Shown: positions 18,486-25,915, numbered from the stretch's first letter. The stretch is 64,000 bases of DNA from Patescibacteria group bacterium (GCA_041671125.1 JBAZCA010000001.1:136120-200119); one strand, 5' to 3'. The notes: generated by a model from the letters alone, not told the origin. Numbers and translations are program-made.

Positions 18486-18517
18486 GATAAAAAAATACCG
18501 CCCCAATTGCGGGCGGC
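18486..18517 (-). terminator. Attenuator terminator of the Thr/Ile/Met leader
   Basis: Minus strand reads CCGCCC-GCAAUUG-GGGCGG followed by UAUUUUUUUAU. Its 5' half lies within a 12 nt sequence that is perfectly complementary to 18575-18586. Confidence 0.65.
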
Positions 18518-18596
18518 TGGCTGATTATTCTTTGACTTTCTTACTTCTAACTTCTTACTTCTAACTTATTTTCGCCGCCCGCAATTAAAACCCCGG

Positions 18597-18656
18597 TCAT
18601 AATAATTCCGGTCATCATCATAATGGTCTTAATTGTGGTGGCGTTTATTCTCGTCA
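18597..18656 (-). CDS. Candidate leader peptide, Thr/Ile/Met-rich (19 aa)
   Basis: MTRINATTIKTIMMMTGII, verified codon by codon. Similar in style to E. coli ThrL ([21 protein letters not shown]). The ATG lies 6-7 nt after the -10 box. Confidence 0.6.
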
Positions 18657-18662
18657 TGTTTA

Positions 18663-18692
18663 TATTTAATCAAACACCAACGAAACTGTCAA
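18663..18692 (-). promoter_or_regulatory. Sigma70-like promoter of the Thr/Ile/Met leader
   Basis: Minus strand reads TTGACA (18687-18692), 18 nt spacer, TAAATA (18663-18668), 6 nt, ATG. Alternatively a 17 nt spacer, TTAAAT and 7 nt. Confidence 0.55.
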
Positions 18693-18721
18693 TAACATGC
18701 ACCTGACACGGCATCCAAAAT

Positions 18722-18794
18722 AAAAAAAAAGCCCTCCGCGCGAAGATTAAGGGATTTGTGGTTCTGCGAAATACACAGAACGCGCGCGAAGGGC
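18722..18794 (-). terminator. Long-stem terminator ending the GC-rich locus
   Basis: Minus strand GCCCUUCGCGCG ... CGCGCGGAGGGC forms a 12 bp stem enclosing a smaller hairpin, followed by U9. Confidence 0.6.
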
Positions 18795-18799
18795 CTGGT

Positions 18800-19060
18800 T
18801 TACCGGCGGTCAGGACACAAGGGTGCCCTTTCTTTCGTCGCCGGAGGGGGGGCGGTGAGGGGCGAGTTGCCCCTCAAAGTAGCCAACTCTTGTGGAGACC
18901 CTAACCAGGCCTCCATGCTAACACGAAAATCCGCTCCCACCGGCGGTTCCCCAACCGCCGAAATAATCCCGCGGTGCCTAAGGCATTCCGGTCTCTGGCA
19001 CCCGGGCCCGCATGTCAACGTCTCCTCCCCGGGGGTGGGCGGAGTCTTTTGTTCGGACAT
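18800..19060 (-). other. GC-rich locus: either an 86-aa ORF or a structured RNA (unresolved)
   Basis: GGCGGAAAGGAGG, 6 nt, then ATG, opening an ORF MSEQKTPPTPGEETLTCGPGCQRPECL... The region also contains many GC helices: ggcctggtt/aaccaggcc, gaggggc/gcccctc, cggcggtt/aaccgccg and ggtgcc/ggcacc. Confidence 0.35.
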
Positions 19061-19190
19061 TTCTGTCCTCCTTTCCGCCCGGCGATGCCGGGCTGCTGTT
19101 AATAACGATCAACACCTCTCTGATTTTCATTGTCTTTCGTGTTTAAATCAAAAACAGAAAGCTATTGACGATTTATTATTTTTTAATGAA

Positions 19191-19410
19191 CTTAGGACTT
19201 ACGCGTTTGGAAAATAAACTCATTTTGTCATTCCGGTCGGAGCGTAGCGGAGAGCCGGAATCCAGCCTGCCTGCCGGCAGGCAGGGATTTAAAGGTAATA
19301 ATGTGTATATTTTTAAGATGCAGTTAGAGCTTTTAACCCTGGATTCCGGATAGCCTTACGGCTTCCGGAATGACAAAAGGGGTATTTGCGCGCAAACGCG
19401 TAAGTCCTAG
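19191..19410. repeat. Nested composite palindrome (outer acgcgtaagtcc arms around a family C core)
   Basis: cttaggacttacgcg...tgtcattccgg...cctgcctgccggcaggcagg...ccggaatgaca...cgcgtaagtcctag. Confidence 0.75.
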
Positions 19411-19635
19411 AACTAATATCCCGCAAATAAGTAAATTCTCTTTATTCGCGTCATTAGCGCGCATTCGCGTATTAGCATTACGAAATATTTGTAAATTTGT
19501 AACAGATTTGCCTGCCTGCCGGCGAGGCAGGTTGATTTGTGGGTATAAAGAAAATCTTCCCGCGCGGAAATGGGAAGACGAGATGGAAAAGTGCAGGCAC
19601 AATCCATTCACGCGCGGGTTTTTGCCTTGCCAGGG

Positions 19636-19884
19636 CTACTTTTTAGCTTTTTCCTCCTTAATAATTCCGAGCTCTAAATGGCGAAGCCGGTACATCTCAT
19701 TTACCGGATTCGCTTTCTGCTCCCGGGCAGCCTTCGCCCGGTCGCAATCCCTCTCCGAGTGCGCCCTCTTGAAGCGACGCACATACTCTTCTTTTTCGGC
19801 CTTACTCAGCATATTACCGAATCGGCCGATTTCCAGCCCGCAACGCCGACAACAGACTGGAACAAAAAAACTTATTGAAACCAT
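19636..19884 (-). CDS. Small basic Cys-containing protein (82 aa)
   Basis: MVSISFFVPVCCRRCGLEIGRFGNMLSKAEKEEY... Preceded by CCAGAAGGAGGA and 4 nt, then ATG. Confidence 0.4.
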   Translation of the reverse strand: MVSISFFVPVCCRRCGLEIGRFGNMLSKAEKEEYVRRFKRAHSERDCDRAKAAREQKANPVNEMYRLRHLELGIIKEEKAKK

Positions 19885-20133
19885 CACTTCCTCCTTCTGG
19901 CGCCCCTCTCTTAATGTAGGGTCGCCTGTCAAATATTAAAACACGTCCTCTGCCAACTTTCTGCTTTCCATCCATAACTATCTATACCCTTATTAGATCC
20001 TTCAGCCTAATCGGCCTCAGGATGACAAAAAACAAAATAAAAAACAAAAGGCTGGCGAGGACTTGGCTTAATTTATAAAGAGCAAAATCTAATATTTGTA
20101 AATTTGTAACGGATTTGTTGATTCGTAGGTTAT

Positions 20134-20162
20134 AAAAAACCGTCCCCTTTTTCTTGAGACGG
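20134..20162 (-). terminator. Rho-independent terminator downstream of tyrA
   Basis: Minus strand reads CCGUCUC-AAGAAAAAG-GGGACGG followed by UUUUUU. Confidence 0.65.
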
Positions 20163-20185
20163 CTTTTGTTGTAATCTTGGATTAT

Positions 20186-20215
20186 ATTATAAACAAAAAC
20201 TCTAACTTTTGTCAA
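20186..20215 (-). promoter_or_regulatory. Consensus promoter located between the tyrA stop and its terminator
   Basis: Minus strand reads TTGACA (20210-20215), 18 nt spacer, TATAAT (20186-20191). Confidence 0.45.
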
Positions 20216-20241
20216 TAGCGCTATGTTTTAGGAAAAATTGA

Positions 20242-21327
20242 TTAATTGGCTTGTTTTTTGTATGACTCTTCCATAATCGCCTTATAAATTCCCCTGACCA
20301 GCCGCTCGTTCATCCTGAATTTTTTAACCTTGTCTTTAATAATTTCCTCTTCCCTTTTCTTATCAATAACCGCGAGGCCTTTTTTCTTTTTAATCCGGCC
20401 AATGGCTTTGACTTCGGCGAAACGACCGGCTAAAAGTTTAAAAATCCGGTTGTCAATTTTATTAATTGTCTCCCGCCTAAAATCCAGTTCGTCTTCTCTC
20501 TTAGCTTTCCTGATCCGGCCGTCAAGCGCTTCGCAGGCGGCCATGAATTTTTCCCGCACTGACCCGGCGTAAGGGTTAAAATTATGCATGTCATAAAATA
20601 ACTGCCAGTTGTCCGAAGTCGTATGCGGAAGGATGGAAAGTAAATCAGTATAGCCGGGAGTAAAAATTTCCTGCTCCCGCGCTCCGGCGCCGAGTAGCGC
20701 CCGGCCGACAAAATGGACGAGCCCTAAAGTATAGGCGTTCTGGCGGTCATGATTTTCAGGAGAGGTGATTATGATTTTTAAACCGAGACCAGTCAAAAAT
20801 CCCCTGATCTTTTTTAATTCTTCCGGACTAATCCGGATCGGGCAAAGGACAATCTGCAAATCTTTTAAATTCCACGACTGCTTTTCAAAACTGAATTTAG
20901 TCGTAACCGGCCCGAACTGGGGATGGGTGCCCATAATCATTACATTTTCAGGCAAATATTTTTTAAGCCATTGGCAGGGATAAACTTTAACCGAGCAGGT
21001 ATCAACGATTAACGCCCCGGGCTTAACATAATTGGCAATCTTTTTAATCACCTCTTCCGTAACCGAAATCGGAACCGTTAAAATTATTAGATCGCATCCG
21101 GCCGCTTCTTTCAGGCTGACAATTTTCGCGCCGATTTTTTTAGCTTTTAAAGTATCTCCCTGGCTGATTTTATGATCATAAACGCGAACATCTCCCCGTT
21201 TAGAAAAAACGCTCGCGGCCAGTTCGCCGAAACGCCCGAACCCGATTATAGCCACCGTTCTTCGGATGGATCTAATTTTATTTTTCTCATTCATAGCCAT
21301 TATTTCCGCGTAAAATCTGCGTCTCAT
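20242..21327 (-). CDS. tyrA: Prephenate dehydrogenase fused to a C-terminal AroQ chorismate mutase
   Basis: VAIIGFGRFG Rossmann motif and a PDH domain. The C-terminus FRRETINKIDNRIFKLLAGRFAEVKAIGRIKK...REEEII is a CM type 2 helix pattern. Confidence 0.85.
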   Translation of the reverse strand: MRRRFYAEIMAMNEKNKIRSIRRTVAIIGFGRFGELAASVFSKRGDVRVYDHKISQGDTLKAKKIGAKIVSLKEAAGCDLIILTVPISVTEEVIKKIANYVKPGALIVDTCSVKVYPCQWLKKYLPENVMIMGTHPQFGPVTTKFSFEKQSWNLKDLQIVLCPIRISPEELKKIRGFLTGLGLKIIITSPENHDRQNAYTLGLVHFVGRALLGAGAREQEIFTPGYTDLLSILPHTTSDNWQLFYDMHNFNPYAGSVREKFMAACEALDGRIRKAKREDELDFRRETINKIDNRIFKLLAGRFAEVKAIGRIKKKKGLAVIDKKREEEIIKDKVKKFRMNERLVRGIYKAIMEESYKKQAN

Positions 21328-21348
21328 GCTCCGCGGTATATCCGCGTC

Positions 21349-21930
21349 CTATCGGTCATAATTATTAACCGCCGCGATAAAGGTGGTAAAATTGAATTTT
21401 AAATCCTGAATTCCCTCTTCCGCGAGATCCAAGTCATATAATTCGGCGCAAACTTTCGGCGCGATAACCGCCGTGGTCTTAGGGATTACTTCGTCGGCTA
21501 AATCTTTGGCAGCCGTCGCCGTATCCGGATACTCGTTTAATTCAGCCTGGGGCCATTTTCTTTTTAAATACATCCGGCATTGGCGGAGCGCCTGCTGGTG
21601 CGAGGTGATGGCGTCAATTTTTTTCAGGTCCGCGCCTTTCTTCATTAAAAGGTTCATCTTAATATCAATTTCAAACATTTTTTCAATCTGGAAAATATGG
21701 CGAGCCATGGCTTCAACCGCTTCTACTACGATTCCGCCATTAGAATTCTCAATCGGAAAAATGCCGATATTTATTTTTCCCTTCCCGAGCGACCGCAAAA
21801 CATTCTCAACCGAAGTGAGATATTCCAACTCGTAATGCTCCAGCTTTTCCTCCCGGGCGTAATGTTTGGCGGCTTCTTCGGTAAAACTTCCCCGGTTTCC
21901 CGAAACGCCAATGATGATTTTAGCGGACAT
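21349..21930 (-). CDS. pheA: Prephenate dehydratase, catalytic domain only (no ACT domain)
   Basis: GVSGNRGSFTEEAA...IFPIENSNGGIV...ITSHQQALRQC are PDT motifs. 193 aa. Confidence 0.85.
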   Translation of the reverse strand: MSAKIIIGVSGNRGSFTEEAAKHYAREEKLEHYELEYLTSVENVLRSLGKGKINIGIFPIENSNGGIVVEAVEAMARHIFQIEKMFEIDIKMNLLMKKGADLKKIDAITSHQQALRQCRMYLKRKWPQAELNEYPDTATAAKDLADEVIPKTTAVIAPKVCAELYDLDLAEEGIQDLKFNFTTFIAAVNNYDR

Positions 21931-22070
21931 AAAATTAAATTTTTAATTCCTAATTTTTAATTTTTAAACAATTTCCAATGAATTAATTTCTAAATTTTTA
22001 AATTGAAAAATTCAAAATTGTTTGAAAATTAAAAATTGAAAATTGAAAATTAATAATGAATCATTAAACA
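21931..22070. repeat. Family E AT-rich long hairpin (aattttcaa/ttgaaaatt units)
   Basis: Arms aatttttaatttttaaacaatttccaatgaattaatttctaaattt and aaattgtttgaaaattaaaaattgaaaattgaaaatt. The same family occurs at 7845, 27016, 45897, 56651 and 57035. Confidence 0.7.
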
Positions 22071-22135
22071 CTCTGCTAATAATACCCGGAATGTTGAATT
22101 CAGTATATCAATTTTCCGTTAATTATCAATCCCCC

Positions 22136-22164
22136 TTGACACCAAATCGGAAAAAATGTATTAT
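22136..22164 (+). promoter_or_regulatory. Sigma70-like promoter of the aro operon leader
   Basis: TTGACA (22136-22141), 17 nt spacer, TATTAT (22159-22164). Confidence 0.55.
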
Positions 22165-22195
22165 TAAAAAAGTGAACAAAAATAATAAATAAAAT

Positions 22196-22279
22196 ATGAA
22201 ATTCGGCCAAATCTGGTTTAGCTACTTTTATTTTTACTTTACCCTTAAAACAAGGCCGGTTTTTTGCATTAATCAATAG
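22196..22279 (+). CDS. Candidate leader peptide, Trp/Phe/Tyr-rich (27 aa)
   Basis: MKFGQIWFSYFYFYFTLKTRPVFCINQ, verified codon by codon. 10 of 27 residues are aromatic, covering all three aromatic amino acids. Confidence 0.6.
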   Translation: MKFGQIWFSYFYFYFTLKTRPVFCINQ

Positions 22280-22299
22280 ATAAATAAAATAAGCAAATA

Positions 22300-22328
22300 G
22301 AACCCGGCCCAAAAGAGCCGGTTTTTTT
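22300..22328 (+). terminator. Attenuator terminator 6 nt upstream of the first aro gene
   Basis: CCGGC (22304-22308), 8 nt, GCCGG (22317-22321), then T7. CCGGCC can alternatively pair with GGCCGG at 22254-22259 inside the leader ORF. Confidence 0.5.
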
Positions 22329-22334
22329 AATTTT

Positions 22335-23126
22335 ATGGCTTCAAAAAAAGAACTCTTATCAAAAATTATCAATCCCGTTTCCGGACGGACGGTTATTGTT
22401 CCCATGGATCACGGCGTTACCGACGGACCGATTTCGGGCCTTGAAAAAATGGATGAAATCATCCGCAAAGTAAAAGAAGGCGGCGCCGACGCTATTATCA
22501 TCCACAAAGGCATTTTTAAATTATGCCGGGAAGCCATCGGCGATCTTCCGGTTCTAATCCATATCTCGGCTTCAACCGGCATGGGCGTTTCTTTAAAAAA
22601 AGTTTTAGTCGCTACAGCCCGCGAAGTTAAAAACCTCGGCGCGGCCGGAGTTTCTGTCCATTTGAATATCGGGAACGAATACGAACCGGAAATGCTCCGC
22701 GATCTCGGCATTATTTCCCGCGAATGCGAAGAGGAAGGATTGCCGCTTTTAGCCATGATGTATCCGCGCGGCATTATTGACGGCCGGATAGTCCATTACA
22801 ACGACCCCGCCCGGGTGGCGCACGCCGCCCGCCTCGCGGCCGAACTCGGAGCCGACATAGTTAAAGTCCCATACACCGGCGACGCGAAAAGTTTCGGCGA
22901 AGTGGTCAAAAGCTGTCCCGTACCGGTCGTTATCGCCGGCGGAGCCAAAGGCTCGGAAGAAGCCATGCTTTCTTCCATCCGGGATTGCGTCCGGGCCGGA
23001 GCGACCGGAGTTTCGGTCGGCCGGAACGTCTTCCAGTCCGAAGACGTCCCGGGTATGGTAAAAAAAGTCCGGGACACTGTCTATAACGCGACCCTTAATT
23101 TGTCATCTATACAGACTGTCCGATAA
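22335..23126 (+). CDS. 2-amino-3,7-dideoxy-D-threo-hept-6-ulosonate (ADH) synthase, class I aldolase family (archaeal AroA')
   Basis: DhnA/FbaB-type aldolase with IVPMDHG and the Schiff-base region ADIVKVPY. The adjacent DHQ synthase II supports the specific call. Confidence 0.8.
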   Translation: MASKKELLSKIINPVSGRTVIVPMDHGVTDGPISGLEKMDEIIRKVKEGGADAIIIHKGIFKLCREAIGDLPVLIHISASTGMGVSLKKVLVATAREVKNLGAAGVSVHLNIGNEYEPEMLRDLGIISRECEEEGLPLLAMMYPRGIIDGRIVHYNDPARVAHAARLAAELGADIVKVPYTGDAKSFGEVVKSCPVPVVIAGGAKGSEEAMLSSIRDCVRAGATGVSVGRNVFQSEDVPGMVKKVRDTVYNATLNLSSIQTVR

Positions 23127-23127
23127 T

Positions 23128-23335
23128 TGTCATTCCGACCCCGCCTTTTGCGGGGGAGGAATCCCTTAAAGGTGAAAGTGGCTAGTTTAAGGGATTTCTC
23201 CCCGCCGATTCGGCGGGTCGAAATGACAAAAAAAGGAGTTGTCGGGTAGCTTGGAGAGATATAATTGAGTTGAACATATTATAAAAAAAATCTCATACGT
23301 AGCGATTAGATCTCTCGCTACGCTCGAGATGACAA
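23128..23335. repeat. Family C palindromic repeats (one full copy plus a half copy)
   Basis: tgtcattccgaccccgccttttgcggggg...ccccgccgattcggcgggtcgaaatgaca, then ...gattagatctctcgctacgctcgagatgacaaaag. The half copy supplies the ATG at 23329. Confidence 0.75.
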
Positions 23336-24351
23336 AAGATATGCAAAAAATATTCTGGTACCAGCCCCCGGTCTGGGATAAAAAATTAGTTACCGCGGCC
23401 ATTGAATCGGGCTTTTCCGCGATCTACGTCCGGCCAGAAGACATCTTAAGGACAAAAGAACTTTCCCTGGCCAAAGTCGTTTCAACCGCCGCGCCGGCTG
23501 ATTTCATCATCGGCGAAAACGTTGACGAAGTGGAAATCAAAAACAAAGAGGCTGAAGAACTGGTCGTCCGGCACCAGGGAAGAATTCCGGTTATTATAAG
23601 GAACCTTGACTGGACAATAATCCCTTTGGAAAATCTTATTTCAAAAACAACAAACTTAATCCAGCATGTCCGCGGTTATGACGAGGCTAAGCTGGCCTTT
23701 GAAACTTTGGAAAGCGGCTGTGACGGGATATTACTGGAAAGCGGCGATTTGAATGAAATAAAAAAAACAGCCACCCTGATTAAAGACGCCCAAAACGAAA
23801 AACTGAAACTCGCCCACGCTGAAATATCTTCAGTAGAACAGCTCGGTCTAGGCGACCGGGTGGTTGTTGATACTTCCTCCATATTATTTCCCGGCCAGGG
23901 CATGCTCGTCGGAGACTCTTCCAAAAGTATGTTTTTAGTATATAATGAAAACGTGGAGACTCCTTACTGCGATCCGCGTCCCTTCCGGGTTAACGCCGGC
24001 GGCGCCCACGCCTACATCCGCCTGCCCGGCGACAAAACTAAATATCTCGGAGAACTAAAAAGCGGCATGAAAGCTTTGGCCGTTGATCCGGCCGGCAACA
24101 CCGAAGAAGCTATCATCGGCCGGATAAAAATAGAAAAGCGGCCAATGCTTATTGTTCGGGCCAAAGTCGGTGAGCGAGACATGAGCCTGGTCATGCAAAA
24201 CGCCGAAACCATCCGGCTTACCGGAACTGACGGACAGCCGATTTCAGTTACAAAATTAAAACCCGGCGACAAGGTGCTGGCTTTCCTGCAGGAAGAAGGG
24301 GTTGGGAGGCATTTCGGCCAGAAAATAAAAGAAACCATAACCGAAAAATAA
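23329..24351 (+). CDS. 3-dehydroquinate synthase II (archaeal type, AroB')
   Basis: About 340 aa. The N-terminus FWYQPPVWDKKLVTAAIESGFSAIYV is typical of the DHQS-II family as I recall it. The true start may be the ATG at 23341. Confidence 0.8.
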   Translation: MTKDMQKIFWYQPPVWDKKLVTAAIESGFSAIYVRPEDILRTKELSLAKVVSTAAPADFIIGENVDEVEIKNKEAEELVVRHQGRIPVIIRNLDWTIIPLENLISKTTNLIQHVRGYDEAKLAFETLESGCDGILLESGDLNEIKKTATLIKDAQNEKLKLAHAEISSVEQLGLGDRVVVDTSSILFPGQGMLVGDSSKSMFLVYNENVETPYCDPRPFRVNAGGAHAYIRLPGDKTKYLGELKSGMKALAVDPAGNTEEAIIGRIKIEKRPMLIVRAKVGERDMSLVMQNAETIRLTGTDGQPISVTKLKPGDKVLAFLQEEGVGRHFGQKIKETITEK

Positions 24352-24446
24352 ATAAATCCATACCAATAATATATCGGACCGTTTACTTGCTAAATAGCGG
24401 CGAAAGTGATACTTTAGGGAAATAATAGCTTTTAATTCCGTAATTT

Positions 24447-25835
24447 ATGATAAAAAACGGAAAGATCATCGTTAATAAATTCGGCGGCGGGATCATGATT
24501 GAAAAACATATCCCCTTTACCGATGAAAGGTTAAGAGAGCAGATTAAAGCCGGCTTCCGACCGGTGGTTGTCGTTTCGGCTTTAAAAGGCGTTACTGACC
24601 GGATCATCCATTTTCTCGCCGGACTAAAACATGAAGTCTGCCGCAACCAGCAGATTGGCGGCAACACCGAAAAATTTTCCATCCGCCTGGTAAGCCCTTT
24701 TGTCGCCGAGTTAAAGGAAGACCATCTAAAGCTCCTTGAGCAAGTCGGAGTATTAAGGGAGGAACGGAAAAAAGCGATGGCTGACATGGATAAAATTTTT
24801 TTCGGGCTGGAAAACGATTTAAACGCCCTCCTCCGTTTTGGATTCTTAAATGTTTTTGATGATAAGATCTCGGCCTACGGCGAAAAGCTAGCCGGGGTTT
24901 TTTTTACCGCCTACCTTAATTCCAAAGGCTTTACCGCCCGGACAATAATGGCTGAAGACATTCCGATAATGACCGATGACTCTTTCCGCGACGCCAATAT
25001 TGATTACAAAGTTTCGGAAAAAAACGCGAGAAAAAAAATCCTGAAATCCGCCGGCATCCCGGTTATCCCGGGCTTTACCGGAAAAACCGCCAACGGCAAC
25101 GTGACTACCCTTGGCCGCGGAGGAACTGATACAACCGCTTGCTTTTTAGGAGCCGCTCTCAGGGCCGACAAAATAATTTTATGGAAAGACGTGGACGGAG
25201 TATTGTCGGCCGACCCAAAAATCGTCCCTTCCGCGAAAACCGTCCCTTTTATAAGCTACGCCGAAGCCGAAGAATCCGGCAAAATAATCCACGACAAAGC
25301 CATCCAGTACGTAAAAATGTTTAAGACTCCGGCCGAAGTGGCGGCCATTTCCGATCCGGCGAAAAAAACCTTAGTCGGCCCGTCCAAAGATAAAAAAGAG
25401 GGTCCGAAGATTGTCAGCTTTAAAAAAGATCTCTCGCTTCTAATCATCACCGACGAAAAAATGAACCAACGCGGCTATCTCGCCCATGTTACCGGGCTAT
25501 TGGCCTCCCGCAAAGTAAACCTGGACACTATAAGAAATACCCGTGATAAACTGCATATTGTCGCTGAAAGCTATAACGGCCCGATTGAAGAGGCGGTTCG
25601 CGACCTAAAGGAAGAAGTGGCAAAATTAAAAATCATTCCGGTAAACATGGTTGTTTTGATTGGTAGCCTGAGCTGGGAGATGGTCAGCCGATTTAACGAT
25701 GTTCTTATAAAGCTCTGCCCCGACGCGGAACTGGGCGCTTTTCCTTACCGGAATTGCGTCCGGCTGGAAGCCGTAGTCCGAGCCGAAGACACGGAAAAAA
25801 TGATCCGGGCTTTGCATGAAGAATTTATTAAATAG
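24447..25835 (+). CDS. Aspartate kinase
   Basis: IVNKFGGG, VVVVSALKGVTD and LGRGGTDTTA amino-acid-kinase motifs, plus a C-terminal ACT-like region. Confidence 0.85.
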   Translation: MIKNGKIIVNKFGGGIMIEKHIPFTDERLREQIKAGFRPVVVVSALKGVTDRIIHFLAGLKHEVCRNQQIGGNTEKFSIRLVSPFVAELKEDHLKLLEQVGVLREERKKAMADMDKIFFGLENDLNALLRFGFLNVFDDKISAYGEKLAGVFFTAYLNSKGFTARTIMAEDIPIMTDDSFRDANIDYKVSEKNARKKILKSAGIPVIPGFTGKTANGNVTTLGRGGTDTTACFLGAALRADKIILWKDVDGVLSADPKIVPSAKTVPFISYAEAEESGKIIHDKAIQYVKMFKTPAEVAAISDPAKKTLVGPSKDKKEGPKIVSFKKDLSLLIITDEKMNQRGYLAHVTGLLASRKVNLDTIRNTRDKLHIVAESYNGPIEEAVRDLKEEVAKLKIIPVNMVVLIGSLSWEMVSRFNDVLIKLCPDAELGAFPYRNCVRLEAVVRAEDTEKMIRALHEEFIK

Positions 25836-25837
25836 CC

Positions 25838-25915
25838 TGTCATCCTGAGCGAAGCGAAGGATCTCGTAAATAGAGTCTTACCACGGGATTCTTCGGCCTT
25901 CGGCCTCAGAATGAC
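25838..25915. repeat. Family C palindromic repeat
   Basis: tgtcatcctgagcgaagcgaaggatctcg...gattcttcggccttcggcctcagaatgac. Very similar to 53989-54066. Confidence 0.8.

Noticed and set aside
18722-19110. RNase P RNA, tmRNA, SRP RNA, 6S RNA or cobalamin riboswitch at the GC-rich structured locus
   Set aside because: Only fragmentary resemblances were found (GGGUGCCAG, CAGAACC, GGUAAACC). The universally conserved RNase P blocks GAGGAAAGUCCGGGC and ACAGAACCCGGCUUA are absent. No tmRNA tag frame, tRNA-like end, SRP GGAA motif or B12 box was seen. It is kept only as an unresolved ORF-versus-RNA locus.
18756-19217. 153-aa plus-strand ORF across the GC-rich locus
   Set aside because: The terminator (12 bp stem plus U9) and the SD-ATG are both on the minus strand. 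The plus-strand product looks like random GC-rich translation and runs into repeat DNA.
21931-22135. Leader peptide or attenuator for the divergent pheA-tyrA operon
   Set aside because: A possible TTGATA-16-TATACT promoter exists on the minus strand. However, no amino-acid-enriched sORF or terminator follows, only the family E AT-rich hairpin.
22100-22405. 101-aa minus-strand ORF overlapping the aro promoter and leader
   Set aside because: It is an AT-rich, low-complexity translation. It overlaps the start of the ADH synthase gene and the plus-strand promoter, leader and terminator, which explain the region better.
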